This document shows, piece by piece, positions 36,661 to 50,860 of a stretch of 64,000 bases of DNA. Under the pieces are notes generated by a model. The model saw only the letters and a program-made list of their open reading frames with translations. It had not been told where the DNA came from and searched no databases. The position numbers were made by a program, and so were the translations under genes. This stretch comes from Neoechinorhynchus agilis (Eukaryota; Animalia; Acanthocephala), in contig CM121341.1 of NCBI GenBank assembly GCA_051530055.1, positions 11,820,784-11,884,783 on the forward strand, in the 5' to 3' direction. The number at the start of each line of letters is the position of its first letter. The first letter of the stretch is position 1.

Positions 36661-39537
36661 ATGACGATACCTAAGGATGTTATAAACTCTATCCGCCAAC
36701 GACTGGACGTTCTATCTAAAGAAAAACACGATCTGAACGCACAATTAGAAGCTCTTCGAATCGCATCAGCTTCTACCATTTCCGCATTCGAGAATGTTAC
36801 AATCAACCCTGCTCCAGATTTGCGACAAAACTTTGAAACGCTTTCTGAGTTGACCCATGGAATTACAAATCATGTTGGAGATCTTCACATTATTAAAAAC
36901 AATATCACCTCATGCATCCAAAGATTGAACGATGTTCGTGAACTACAATCTACTGCTGTTGACCTTAGGCAAGCAATCGATAACGAGGACTATGAGCAAG
37001 CCGCTGCGTTGGTTCGACGGTACCGTATCATATCTCAATCTTCCCATTCTACTTCAAACGCTCAAAGCGAACTCCAATCAGCAGCTCAATCGATTGAAAC
37101 ATGTAGACGTCAGCTTGAGATCATAGCTACTGAACAGTTTGATAGCGCTATAGCAGAAGCGAACATGGCCGAAGCTATGCGATATTTTAAAATATTTGCT
37201 CTACTTGACCTCCATGATATCGGCCTTCAAAAATTCGGTAGGCATTTATGTAGGGACTTATCATCTAAAGCTCAGTTGATCTTTGAAGAAGAAAATGAGA
37301 CGTGGATAGGAAAAATTACTAGTCTCTTAGAAATGGTCGGACGGTTCATAGAAGCTCATCTGCCGATATTTGAGACATATTATGGACCAACAGCAAAAGT
37401 TATTGAATTTATTGCAGTTATCGAGTCTGAAGTCGATATTCAATTTGGTAGGTTCGTCCAGGAATTTCGTGAAGGTGCGAATATCGATAATGTTTTGAAA
37501 AATGCAGATCAAAATGAAATCGAAGGGGATTCACTACTAAACGACTTAGTCTGTCTAGTGAACAGAGGGGAACTGTATGCGAGGTTCTTGAGACGAAAGT
37601 TGGAGGAACCATCTTTGGGGATTAGTGGTGAGGTCGTGGACGGATTTTTACAGTAGGAAAAGATTTAAAGATTGGGGAATCTGAAAAATCATCTTCCTGC
37701 CATTAAAGAAAAGATGCGATCTAAATAGAACAGTTCAAGAGATTGTATCACTCTATATTCCTTTAGAGGACCGTCTTATCTCGCAAAATATATCCAGAGC
37801 AATGAAATCAGGCGATAAAACTACTCTCGTTGATCGCGTTTTTTATTTCGTCCTTCAATCGACCAATCGGGCTCTCTCAACTTCCAATACCGATGCGCTA
37901 TGTGCCGTCATCAATAATTGTGTAACCAGTCTTGACTTGTTCAAAAAACACCTACAGAATAATCTCCGTGAAGGATTCGGAAATAATTTGGAAATCGTAC
38001 AAGCTCTTTTGAGCTCCTCGTCGTCTTCCAACATGCCGATAAATGATGGAGAACTTAAAAGTGCAGAATCGGGCGAACATAAAAAGTTGCGCAGTTTTAT
38101 TGAAAATCTTCAAATGGCTGATGAATGTGTGGATTATACAATGCGACTAAGGCAGCAATTCGATCAATTTGTCACTGCTAACACTGTCGGTGTTACTTTT
38201 GCGGTCAAGGGATTGAAAGCTCGTTGAAAGTCGAGAGTTAGTCATTTGTTTGTTTCTATTCCATTCTATTTTCCATAATATCTTCAGTGCAGCATAAGAC
38301 CATCCGAGGCTCAATTAATTGACTTTATAAAGTCTATAAAACGTACTTTTGCTTTATTCAAAGACTACCTACCTTTAATCTGTACTTAATAAGGAGTTGA
38401 ATTTTAAAACCTTAAGCTGGGTATCCTGTAATAATTTTCTAACGCACAAACTCAACCAATATCATTTCGTTCCAGCAAAGCTCATATAACAAAATATTTT
38501 GAGTTTTAAACCAAACGACAAAATGCGTTTTTCGTCTATTTTAACACGGTATCGACTGGTATTAATCCTTGTGCTATTAGAGCTTAACTTCTTTATCCTG
38601 TTATTCTAAATCTATGTTATAAAGACTCATTTGAAATAGCAAGTTAAGGTAACCAGGGTTGCCAATATAATTGCTATTCGCAGTCTTAGAAAAAAGTATG
38701 CTCGAAAATTCCAACCCCATTTGAGGTTTAAACAATGATGAAAGTTTAACCCTGCTGGTGGTATGAATAGAGCTGAATCCAAATTTACTCTGATTAATCC
38801 AATTAAATTAAAATCAATTAAAGTTTCATCCGCTCAGTTACTTTACGTCGTCAGTGGATAAAACCTTTCATTTCCAATCAGATTCTCGAACCAAGATCAA
38901 GACATGCATAGGAGAATTCGATTTAATGGTTAGTCGGTATCGTGAACTCGTTGAAGCGTCCATTTATAAGCTTCGAACCGATTATATGAGACCGCGTGCG
39001 TCCAAAACTGCCGAAGAACTTCTCGACTGTGATTATGTCCTTGCGGAGTCCGAGTACATAAATCACGAAGTAAATGACTCATTTATGCCTTCACTGGTGA
39101 AGTTCGTTACTCGTGTGCGCAATGACATTGAATATGCTGGAGTTGCTCTGAGTGAACGGATTCTGGAACGAGTAACCACCATGCTCGCTGCAGAACTTGC
39201 CAAATCGCTTGAACGATACATTCATGTTTGTTCTTTTAACCATTGCGGTGGTCTTCTTTTGGATCGACAAATTCGATCAGCAGTTGCTTATATTCAATCC
39301 AGTAGTCCCCATGGATTTGGAGCGAGGGAACAATTTAGAAGACTCTTAAAGATAACCAATGTCCTTAGCTCAGAAACGCTCATGGAATGCCAAACATTGC
39401 TTAGTGAACAGGACGAATTTGCCTTAAAAGGTGAATCTGAAGCCCGCGTAAGTTTCACAAAGTTTGAACTTCAGAAGCTATTATTACTGAGAAAAGATTT
39501 TGACGTGAAGGATGTGCGAGCAATAAAAAGTATCTAA
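36661..39537 (+). CDS. COG4: Conserved oligomeric Golgi complex subunit 4; exons about 36661-37635, 37710-38189, 38855-39537
   Basis: DYEQAAALVRRY, YFKIFALL.L...GL..F, RTVQEIVSLYIPLE, LVDRVFY, FNHCGGLLLDRQIRS, REQFRRL..I..VL. The first intron boundaries are uncertain. Confidence 0.85.
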
Positions 39538-40339
39538 CCGCCTGAATGGGCAAAACTTTAGTTAATGTTCATTTTAATGTAGTTCTCGCAGATCTTCGAA
39601 TTCATTTACGGTCCAAAAAGATCGCTAAAGAAAAGTTACCAACTCACTGAACAAATTCACTCTTTTCGTGAGTCATTTTTGGATTTTATGAGTTGTAGAT
39701 ACGAGATTTCCGTTTAAACAGACAAATGAAGACGATGGTTGTAGTTCAACTGGCATTCGTGATATGCCAATCTTTGCCAATGATTCCATTAACCGAGCAC
39801 ACAACGGAACCGTTTCAAGAACGAGTTATAACTTTTGAAGTATTAAAGGAGAGCCTCTTTGATCCAAGCATGAATGTAAGTCATTGATCCTAAACGTTGG
39901 TTTACCGTTGAGGATCAGTGGCATGGACCGATGTAAACGGGATCTTAGAGTGCATTTGAATATTCGAACGCAAAGAAATCTTTTCTATGTGGGAAAAGTG
40001 AGCGTTGTACTGAAATGTGACTATATTTATCATGAAAGTTGTGAATCTCGTCTATTAGCTTTCAATGCTGCGATTCTTATTGTTGCATTTTAGTAATTTA
40101 GATTTTATAGTTTTGGTGAAACGGCAAATAAAAAAATATATTCTACAATTTGTTTGCTTATTCATGATAATCCCTCAAATTATGAGTGTTCATTTCCAGA
40201 GCAGCGCTGCACTGTAATTAGATGAAAAAAATAATATTTTCTGAAATATATCCACTTAACCTAACTCTAAAGCATGTTGTTTATTCGAACATTTGGATCT
40301 TCAATAATCGTTTAAGGGATTATCCGTGTGACGACTGTT

Positions 40340-40875
40340 ACGACCTTTACAGGTTGTAGCCACGAGAATGGCTTTTCTCTTCAATACCGGTTGGGGTTTA
40401 AACTTCTTCGAGCATTGCGTTTTTATTTATTATGTAAATAACTAAAACGCGATGTTAGAAAACTGACCAAATAGCTATTAATTTAATTTTAGAAGATAAT
40501 CCGCATTTTCTCACCAAGGTCTTTAACACTCTTTCCAAAAACGAGATTGATGACCGGAAGGGATTCCTCGAAGCTGTTATTTACATGAGAGACTCAACGA
40601 GACCATGTAAAATAATGACCATAAACAATGGGGACCCGGTTTACGAAATCGACAGTCTTTTGAGCGCTACTTATTCCAAAATTGAAGACGATAGTGCAAA
40701 GAAGACGATTGTTGATTTTACATTATGGACAATACGACACAGTACTCAGCTAAGTGGAAATTATCTCGAATCCATTGGTTTAAGCTTTAAGAGAAAGTGT
40801 TCAGGTCTGTCTTCGGTTACGAAACGGTCTTCGAACTTAACTATTGCTTGGTATCGGTCTAGGGAACTAAATTAG
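40340..40875 (+). CDS. Unidentified spliced gene (last exon about 40498-40875), convergent with NDUFB5
   Basis: A frame open from a polypyrimidine-AG at about 40494-40497 (NPHFLTKVFNTLSKNEIDDRKGFLEAVIYMRDSTRPCK...); a plausible GT-AG intron at about 40435-40497. No family recognised. Confidence 0.4.
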
Positions 40876-41053
40876 AATATTCATTCTAGCGACGGACTTT
40901 ACAAACTCCATTAAAAAAGATGATAAAAAGTTAATTCAATGTTGGGTTGAAATAAAAAGCGCCATTTTAATACCGGTTTTAAATATTAATTAGCCAAAGT
41001 CTATGTTTATCCATAAACGTCCACTTTGAACACTTGAAAGAACTGCGTACGAT

Positions 41054-41771
41054 TCACTCTTTTCGTTTCTTGTAGACGTCCCCAACATGAGCTTCGAATC
41101 CGGTTCCCATTCGTTCAATTTGTTTGGATCCAACTAGGACTTCCTCGGACGGCGATGGAGTGTAGTACCAGGCCTTGTAATCCTGTCTTTCCTTCATCAA
41201 TTTCTTAACTTTAACCTCGAGAAGACTAAGGAAATAGTGAGTGTCGAGTCAGCTAAAACCAAACTTCATTCTTCGAAGCATCAAACGAGCGTAGTTGGCA
41301 TGAAGGTTCATCTCATGGATTTGTTCTTCGCTCAAATAATAATATTTTGTCAAGAGACGAGTCATTGGTCGCTATTTTTTAAATGATTTAAGCACAAAAA
41401 CAGGAAAACAAACTTTGTAATATTCCCAGGCCTCTGGGTCGTATCCTCCAGGAATCTCGGTAAGGACGCTATCGCCTAAAATAGCAAACGGTCACAAATA
41501 TCCTTAGAGTTCATCTCTGAACCTCGAGTGACGTTCACGTAAGTGATGAGCAGAGTTGCTGGAATGAGTCCAATCGCTAGGAAATAATGCTGTTTGTTTT
41601 AAGACGATTTATTTAATCAAAATGATTTTTTAATGTACTCACGATATTGTCTCGGGCAATGAAATCGTCCAATTTAGAAACAACCTCAGGAATGCTTTGA
41701 AGTCTTTGTTGATGATAAGTTGAAGTAAATCGAAAACCGGACCGAACAATCGAACGCCCAATTGAAATCAT
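41054..41771 (-). CDS. NDUFB5: NDUFB5, second copy with the same 5-exon structure
   Basis: 718-bp mirror of 4254-4971; the only coding differences seen are three synonymous changes in exon 1. Confidence 0.88.
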
Positions 41772-42108
41772 CGATTATGATTGTAAATTCTATAAGTAGT
41801 ATTCTAAAAAGAAAGTAACTTCGGAAAAGGTTCTTTCGTTTTGGAACTCAGAAACGATTTCTCGATTCAAATTAGCCGACATTTTACTCCTCGGTAGAGA
41901 AGTTCTCGCACCCTCCTAAAGGTTTTTATCTAAGATAAACTGGGCATTTTGCTGATGTTCATCTTCTTGCAGATGAAATATTTTTTACGCGCGAGTGTTA
42001 AAAACTCGGTTTAGTACATTTTATCGGAACTAAATGACCGAAATTTGTTCAAAGCGTTAAACACTTCAATAAAAGTTTCGAATTAAGTTTATTAAAACTT
42101 AAAATCTA

Positions 42109-42315
42109 CTACTGAATAGAGCACTTTTTCTTTTTCTTCTTTTCCTTTGGAACCTCTTCGTAAATGGCCGCGTTTCGTGGCTGACTTAAACATCGCGTGT
42201 GGCTCTCATACAATCGTCCGGGCGAAGAGTTCGGACATTGAAGATCGCCATAAATTGCTCGGTACCGAGCTTCTCTCACTGTTGTGAAGGTTGTGGCTGA
42301 CTGTTCGGGATGCAT
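42109..42315 (-). CDS. Second copy of the putative CaaX-ending exon
   Basis: Translation identical to 3710-3916. Confidence 0.4.
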   Translation of the reverse strand: MHPEQSATTFTTVREARYRAIYGDLQCPNSSPGRLYESHTRCLSQPRNAAIYEEVPKEKKKKKKCSIQ

Positions 42316-43615
42316 GGAAACTCAGTTTTCATCGAATTTGCCTTCAATGAGTCGCTTTTATATCTTTTCGGAACAACCAAATGAGCCATTAAGAATGTCG
42401 AGGTTCAATCCAAAGTGATAAAGAACCATTTAAATGGCAATGCACTTTTATGTTAGACAACATTGACTGAGCAAACATTCATTTGTCAAAAAGCCCAAAG
42501 AATTGTTTACTTGTCCATGTTTCCGAATGAGCACGAGAGCCGCTCTCGTCGAAGTCTCATTGACTTTTAATGCAAGGAACATTTAGGTGTCAAATCCACG
42601 AGGATATTTTCACTAAAGGAAAAAGCTTACTACTGTATCATTTATGACGATCCTGAATGTCCCGGACGATTGTGTGAGAATAATACAAAAAATAGGAAGT
42701 GCCTTAAAGTCTCGAATTGAAAGTAAAATTTTTGTTTCGTGTTTGATTGATGTAATAACTTGGTAGGAAATGTTTACGACTCAGTCGTACAAAAAATCTC
42801 GTTTCATTTTAGAGTTCGGCGCCTCACTTTGGAAATTCTCTAAGGGAGAGTTTTCGAATTTTATATTTGTTTAAAAGATCAATCCGTTGCGTCTCTTACA
42901 AATTAATTTCAGATTTTTCGATGTTTCGATATTGTAGAAACTTCCGCTAAAATGGGAACTCATCGACGCGCCTTGAATAAAGCACTATTGCAAAATTCAT
43001 GAATTCATTTGCAATTAAAGTTTTAGTAGTTGCAGTTCATCATTGATCGTTGGTTAAAATTTTTTAGTTTTTTAACAATTTCGAGCGTACTAAATGATAT
43101 TGTAACGATGATTCCTTCGACGCTGGAAACCTCCACGACACTGAATTTTTTACCAGCAGGAAATTTCTGCAAACATTGAAAAATTGCTTCTGGAGGGCGA
43201 AATTTGTTCAATCGTAGTTGGAATTTATTCTTTTGCTTAAATGGACCACTCGATTGCCATTCACTACACAGCGGCAAATGAATCAATCGACAGCACCGCC
43301 GAACTTATCCTCAAAGACAATTATTGGCCGGAATTTGATCCTTGCCAAGTTCTTATATTCATTGCATTACTCACAGTTATACTCACTTTAATCGCCTGTT
43401 CATCGATTGTTCTTATAGGATTCAGCCGAAGGATCGAAGAGGCGAAGACGAAGATCTCGTACTTGATTGACAGACGTCAAGTGTTACCAGACGAAATTCG
43501 ATTTTAGAATTTTACTAAAAATGATTTTTTTTCGCATAGAAGCGATCGAATTTGGTTTTGGATTATACGCGATCACTCATGTCAGTTACTATTTCGTAGG
43601 GCATCGAAAGGTCGC

Positions 43616-44074
43616 CAAGACGAAATTTTTAATCAAATCTAAATCTTGAGTGGGTAAGAAGAACATCCGGGATTATATCAAGGATTTTTTTGGGTTAGAT
43701 TTCGACCCTGCTTATAAGAAGCTTGATATTTTAGGTTATACTTTCACTAATAACCTCTCGCCCGCCTCCGATATACACAAGATGAAAAAACTTTTAAAGA
43801 CAGCCAGAGTTAAGGCGAGACGTGCCGCTCGTATTGGGCTTAGCGCCAAGATATGCAAAGTAATATGATGCTTTCGGGCTATTTCAGGCCAATTTTTTAT
43901 TCCAGAGGAAGGCCTCCAGAACAACGTGGATTTCTTCAGCAGACTGGTTCAACAAATCCATGCAGTGGATCGGATTATGTCTTCCGAAAACGGATAGTAA
44001 CTAGTATAAAATGTTGCTTCAGTCATTCAGCGACAGCGTTCGATCCATGGTTTGCCTATGCCGAATAGATTTTT
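43616..44074 (+). mobile_element. 5'-truncated LINE-B RT C-terminal fragment flanked by an approximately 30-bp direct repeat (TSD-like)
   Basis: KLDILGYTF and SRGRPPEQR align with the LINE-A RT C-terminus; 43617-43760 matches 54210-54350; direct repeat at 43586-43615 and 44075-44104. Confidence 0.8.
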
Positions 44075-47000
44075 TTACCATTTCTTAGGGCATTGAAAGG
44101 TCGCGGTCAAATGCAAAAAATGTTAAGATGATTATACTGATTTCATTGATTTGTCGGCTGCGAACCTAATTGAACTCATTTTGCAACTGAACATTGGCTT
44201 TGTAGTAAAATTGGGTATTCTTAGAACAAAAGTAATCTTTTCCCATTATTAATCAATTTTCTCTTTTCAAAAGACTTGGTCTTTGGTTTCCTGTTCAAAT
44301 TCAAACAAGAAAGTAAACATGAATTCGCAATTTTCTTCGTTGCTAAATTTTACTGGTCTTCGAAACAATAAGTTCGTTTGTTTTTGAACATCAATTTTAA
44401 ATTTTTTTATCAATTTAATCTGGTCTATTGATTGAAATATTCCCTCAGATCTCATAGGCGCTCTCATCATTTTCAGAGGAAAGCTGATGTAATCCTCTCG
44501 CTTCGTCATCGGGACAATTGGCGTTGATGTCGAACTCATGACCTGATGCTCGGGAGAAGACGCTTTTGCTGAATGCGCAATGATTTCTGATGTTTGTGGA
44601 AATGGTCGTGATTGTTTATCGAATAACTCTATCGTTGATTGTTTATCATTGCAAAACAAAGTGAATCGACCGATTGGCACATTATTCTTGCATTAAAGAT
44701 TATTACCAATTCGAACATTGAACAATCCTAACTACCGTTCAAAACTTTTAACTCGTTTTTCGAATTAGTGGTGGAATTTCCAAGAAGCCTAAGGACGAGA
44801 TAGAAAATTATCATTAATAGTAGAATCGTCCGGATACGATTTTAGATCTTTAAATCTGCATCTTATTCTGATTTCTCTAACAAAGAAAAAGTGTGAAGAA
44901 AAGTATTTTTTTCAGAAATATACAGACAAAAGAACGCACAGTTGAACCGTTTGAACTTAACAAACTTTACGCTTTCCTTAAAACGACTATCGATTATTTT
45001 CTAAATTGTCCATTATTACACATCTTTACTAAAAGTTCAGTAATTCCGGTTTGAAGATCTTCATTGGAATTCCAATTCTAACCGTTGTTCAAAATTCAAT
45101 TTGAATCATTTTTAACCTTCTATCGAACAGAATCGCACTTTTGTATTTAGACATCTCTTGTCCATAAAAACAGTATCATTGAACATAAATTTTTACTGAT
45201 CGATTTAGAACTATTCAACTTGTAAGGTCTCAGTATTGACCAATAGAAACTATTATTTTGTAGGTATGTAATCTTCTAATCGATTTTCTTAAAAATCTTA
45301 TTGCATCATAATTGAAATGAGTTTTCAAACTTAATCTACAGAGGTGCTTGGAGATGTGAAGTTTGTGTTAAAGTTGCGAGGTGATCGTTTGTGTATTGTA
45401 AGGTGATCAAGATTTCGTGATTCTTAACTGGTTGGAATTGTAAAACCGCAACTTCTACAACAAAATATTTTAGATTAACACATAGTAGATATTCGTAGAT
45501 TAAATATTTTGTCGACCATTTAGTTATTTCTTTGAATTCTTCGGTTCAAATATATTGATTTGTATGGCTGTATGTTCTATCCCATAATCAAGTATGCGGA
45601 CAGCTTTTATGTATATCCCAGTATATCAGGTGTCCTTGCCTCATTTCCGGTCATCTGAGCTGATAATCGGGCTAGCAGGATTCCGATTCCAGATAATGAG
45701 GAAGTTTTACTGGATGAAAGAAAAGTCTCTAAATGTACTCAAAAAAAGTCAAAGAGAGCAATAAATAGTCAATTAGCACTTGACCTTCGCATTGGACTCA
45801 ATCATTGATGCAATCAAAGGAATTGATTCAATTTTTTGAAAACGCACTTCCATAGTCACTATAGAGACAACGTTTCAATTAGCTTCTGCATATTAAATAA
45901 TTTTTTACGACGTAAGTTTGCAAAGAACCCCCAGGCGTTAGTTGCACAAGGAGTACGATTCCGGAAAGGTTACGCAACCGGCAATTGTTGAATTTTGTAC
46001 CGCGATCACGCCATAAAGCAGGAAATCAATAAAGAGTGTAGGAGTAGAAGAAAAGCGTTTCCAAACGGAGATGAAATTGGCCACTCATCCATGAAATTCA
46101 TCAACGGGCTTTAAATAAAAGAAATCCGACGACTTCAAAAAAGGATTTTGAAGACGTGTTTAAACCATCTTAGCTTTTAAAGGTAAGCATTAGAAGTAGA
46201 AGCAATATACATGTTTCCTTTTGATTTGGGCACTGATATAAAGTGACTTAGGACGCTTCGAAGGACGGTCTTTTTCTCTTAAAGTGAGTCATTTGCGATA
46301 CAAGGGAATAACTTACGCTCACTGTTTTTTACAGAGGTGCAAGCTCTCACTTGTAGTCTAGACTTTTGAGTCGATGTTGAAGAGCTTTACGAATAGTCCA
46401 TTTACACGCTCTTTGGAACTTGAATTTTACTCATAAAAGATGGTCACTAAGAGACGATTACCAGTTCTGTTTGCTTCGGTTTGATGGAGGTCTAAAAAGT
46501 CATTAGTAGAGAAAAGGATATTTGCCACGCTTAGACTTATGTGTGAACATTTTTAAATTGAATTCGAGACAAAAATGTGAAAATCTGATTAATTATGCAG
46601 TATTCTGGAGGCTTTACATTTTGATCCGCTTCAAACACTTCCCCCTTACCCTATTTTTGAAAGGTGTACAAGAAACAATTTATAACATTTGACGAACAAA
46701 TCCTGATCATCAGATCTAATCTGAAATTAACGAGCAGAAGATACCAAGGTGAGATGGACTTGTAGGAGAATAGTGATACATATTTTGGTTTTTGGTTCAT
46801 CATATGACGCAAGATCCTACTTCGCTGGCTTGAAACATTGACAAGAATGACAACGAAGGTCAAGCTCTCATTTCGGTTCCCTGTGCGTGTTTTTTTCGAT
46901 TCCCTGAGACAAAGCGCTAATTGTTTATTAAAGAATTGTTCTTTAAGCGACAGTTCCTTGTATTAAGACCGCAAATAACATTCTCGAGTAGACGACAGTC

Positions 47001-47753
47001 GTGTCCAATCTCATGTGGTCTGAATTCCCCGCTGATATATTTTCGTACAGTCTCACGGCTCGATATCATCCCAGTTGGTTCTAAAATTGACAGCACCTGT
47101 GACCCATTAAGGCCTTAATCGTCGCTGAATCTCATTCATGCCTTCTTCTACTCGTCGCTTTTAAAATACAAGAATCCCATGAGCGCAACTTTGGAAGGAA
47201 AAAAGAGAGGATGTCAAGCGCAGCGAAATCGTGACCCCGTTTTAACGCCACTCTTCTTTCTCCAATAAGCTGGCTTGTTCTGATGTAACATCCGAATTCT
47301 AAAGAAGTACACTTCTGGGAGAGGGCGGTCTTACCGTTTCTCGCTGTCTTTACATGCATATTTGCTGCTACAAATAGTAGAGCAAGAACTATTTAAGGAC
47401 CACATATCGACACTTTGACTAGGTTCCATGTTGGAAATATACCTTGGACGAGTCCTCTTTACGAAGTGTCTGCCTTTATGGTTTTTTATCGCCGTCTAAG
47501 GAACCGAGGAAAATCGAGCTCTCCTGCTGAGTGCCTATTGTCACACAACACAGTTCATCTATCAGGCGCCATAGCGAATAAAATCTTGATCTTACAGACG
47601 TCTACTAGGCGGACTTCAAGCATCGACTATTTGCCTTTTTGTACGGTCTTTCACACTCTCATTCTACATTGATGTATAAAAGAGGTCTGCGACTTGACGA
47701 TCATCGATCCCAGCACAAGCATTACTGGCCCTCAACACTTTCTTGTTTTAGAT

Positions 47754-49940
47754 ATGCGTCTTTTTGGCTCGTTGGCGTGTCGAATCCGCGATCAAGCCTC
47801 AAAAATAACTGATTACTGTTCACAGAAAATTCAGGAACCTTTCAGGAACCAATTTGCTGGTAATTCTGGAAATATATATGACGCAAAGGTATTTGGCCGA
47901 ACTAAAAATTACATAAGATCCAAATGAATTTTCTTCTTTAGTATATTGGATCTCTGAAAGTTGCGAAACCCAAAACCAAATGTGAGATTGTTTGTGCCAT
48001 GCGAACCGTTAGGGTATTTACAAATGAAAACATCAAATGCTTACTTTCTCTAAAAATCCGTTTCAGAATGAATTTAAGCTTAAAAAGCAGAAAAAACACA
48101 AAGTGAAACTCAAGGTGTCTCTCCAAGGAATAGAAATTCTTTTAAATTCAATTAAAACTAATCAATGTTCATGCAAACACGATCTCGTTTTAATGCATCA
48201 TCCCATTTACAGGTATTCGTCGACTACTCATTTCCAAATTACCCCGTTCCTGTTACTTCTAAGAATATTCTATGTCTCGCATGACAGTCAAAATCGTGAA
48301 ATATTCAGTTATATAGCGAAGGAGTCCAGCTCGGAAGTGTTTAAATGTAATGTATTCAAGGCCTCAGGAACGGTTTGTTTTCTTGTTAATTGTCTTTAGC
48401 TCTCTGCAGAAAATGTATACAGGAACAGGCTTCCAGTATTGTTCAAGCCATCGGGCAAGCGTTCGACGTCTGTCACAGTCTCTGTCGGTACAGTAAATTA
48501 ATGATTCTCAGTCTTACAAGTGACGCTTGAAATTTCTAATGACTTAAATTCACTTGAGACCCTCAATTGGCATATATATTATCACATAATTTTAATTGTC
48601 ATTTCCGTCGGAGGCTCATTAATGTTAGATCCGGTCTACTAGAGTTCCTCCGAGAATTTGAATTAGGTCTAACGGAGACGTGATAGGTAATAAAATTAGG
48701 AGATTGGAGTGTGATTAGGTCAAGCAGAAACTTATGGTAAATACTTAGTGAACAGTTGGCTCCTCTAAAATGATTTATGTAGTCTGAGAATTTGGGAAAT
48801 CCTTCGAACTTAACCCTCGAGAGCGAAAATTCTACGGGTTGATAGCGTTGCCCTCCGGATAAAACACATATTTTACTTAAAGGAAGCTTCATCATTCATT
48901 GTTAGTTCTCATCTTAGAAACATACAAATAATGACTTATGAGACTTCCTCTTTCGAAATATATCAATAAAATATGTTTTGTCCGGGTCAAGGGGTGTTAT
49001 GATCAATACAACTGCAATTCTAAGAAGTGATGCCCGAAAAGAATTTTAGGCGTTTCAATATGTCGGCCACCGAAGATAATACCATTTTTAACCTGACACT
49101 TCGACGGATATCCAGAGGGTATTAAGTGATTTTACGCGCTTCCCTGACCCAAGTCGGCTGCCCAACTTCAACACTTAAGAAAAATGTAACCGACTAACCA
49201 CACACAAACGATAAAATAGTACTTACTTTTGTTTAAGCTTAATAATAGAATTCTAAAGATAACTTCAATTGCCTCCAAAACAAAATATATAGCTTCTTTT
49301 CACTCTAAGGCACAGTGAGATTCATTGAAAGTAAGCCAATTCAATACCTTCAGGGATCATCAGACTCCGGATCTGCCCTATGTTCCACTAGGACATCAGG
49401 ATTTTTTGAAATGGACGACGTAAGAGTGTATAAGGAATGTGCTTAACCCCCACAAAAAGCCGATGATCGTAGGTATCAGGAAGTTCCAAGAGCGAACTGT
49501 GTACGGATACGCGTCTAAAATCAATACAGCAACAATTATCAGATCTGATGGAATCACACGGCAGTCAAGAACATGACCTTGAAGCGATAAAATCACGACT
49601 AAAAAGCCTAGAATACAAACTATCGCTCGAATCATCGGCTCGGACGTATTTACAGGCCTATAACCAAAATCTATCTGAACAGAATCGTGAACTGACGATA
49701 CATTTGCAATCGCTAGTAAACAATATGAGGATTGATGATGGAGATGATAAATTGGTGAGCCACAAATCTCTTATAGGGTCGGGATGTGTATTACTGCCAA
49801 AGTCTTGTCAAAATGTTCAAGTGAAAGACTGCAGTTTTGAGAGCTTAACTAACAAGAAATCGTGTGGAAAGAGAGCAATGGAAAGTGGTGAAAAAGATTT
49901 TATTGGACTGAAACGATCAAATCATTTGGTTCAATTATGA
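47754..49940 (+). CDS. NOS1AP: NOS1AP/CAPON-like PTB-domain adaptor, multi-exon
   Basis: DAK^YIGSLKVAKPKTKCEIVCAMRTVR^NEFKLKK; HPIYR^IFYVSHDSQ...IFSYIAK...FKCNVFK; IVQAIGQAFDVCH; C-terminal coiled coil LSLESSARTYLQAYNQNL..QNRE. Confidence 0.85.
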
Positions 49941-50459
49941 ATGTGTGCGCGTGTGAGAGCTTTGAATAACAAAAGAATGATTGAGTGAGTACAAAAGTCC
50001 ACTTGTACTACACAAATTGAAAACAATGGAAAACGGTAAGTGAAAACATTTGTAACGCTAGTGATTCTCTTTTAAGCGGTAAATAGGTTTCTATAGAATT
50101 CAAACCACTATGTTATTTGCATCGTTGGAAATAAGTTAGCAAATATTGCGAAAAGTTAGAAAACTATCTTTTAGCCAATTAACACAAGCATAGAAACTAA
50201 ATTTAACGGTTTATTCAGGAACTTGTTGAGCCGGTCTCTTATCAGTCCACATTTCTACAATATGACTAGACCATCTTTGCCTTAAAGGTAGTTTCTTTGT
50301 CTCCTCTCGCCGATTCATGAACCCATCCTTCAATGCCGTCCAATTATGGCAAGTTATTTGTGTTTTAAATAAGGATAAATGTTTTATTAAAATCGATTTT
50401 AATCACTATTTAGATTAGGAAAATTAACGTTGAGCAATACAGGATGTTTACGGCTAGCG

Positions 50460-50860
50460 TGAACGCTCTTTTCACCAATGCCTAACTGGATAAAACGGTT
50501 AATTTATCGGCTGATTTACTATCTAAGAATACGTTTGGACCTTGGAACGTGGCAGTCCCTAATCCAATGGTGTACGAGTATGATGGCCTTTGAATTTGAG
50601 GGTGCTTTCTACGATCAAAAAGATGGCGTACACTTGGGATCGCCATTAGCTCGACCTTAGCTGACATCTACATGCGAGATTGGGAGTCAACTTTCTTGGA
50701 GTGTAAGTCGGTGGTGGCGGTAAGCGTCAAACAGGCAAGATCAGCACATATAGTGGACCTTTAATAACGAAAATTACAATGGTGAGGTCTCGTTCTTGGA
50801 CGTTCTTGTCAGGCGTTCTGCACAAGGTAAAGTGAGCACTTCACTTTATACCTACCATGG
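50460..50860 (+). mobile_element. Penelope-like RT core remnant
   Basis: FEFEGAFYDQKDGVHLGSPLA..LADIYM and VSFLDVLVRR...VSTSLY; frameshifted. Confidence 0.75.

Larger units (their letters stand above)
40563..43595. repeat. Right (probably parental) arm of the inverted duplication
   Basis: Reverse complement of 2389-5462. Confidence 0.97.

Noticed and set aside
39600-40200. Possible minus-strand gene convergent with COG4
   Set aside because: Open stretches are interrupted by stops in both duplicate copies; no exon model found.
44267-44680. 137-aa minus-strand ORF
   Set aside because: No recognisable domain or gene context.
45660-45695. ctgataatcgg...ccgatt hairpin
   Set aside because: No GAAA follows the stem, so it is not a hammerhead.
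47130-47620. Spliced-looking minus-strand gene divergent from NOS1AP
   Set aside because: Splice-like sites are present but there is no unambiguous frame or homology.
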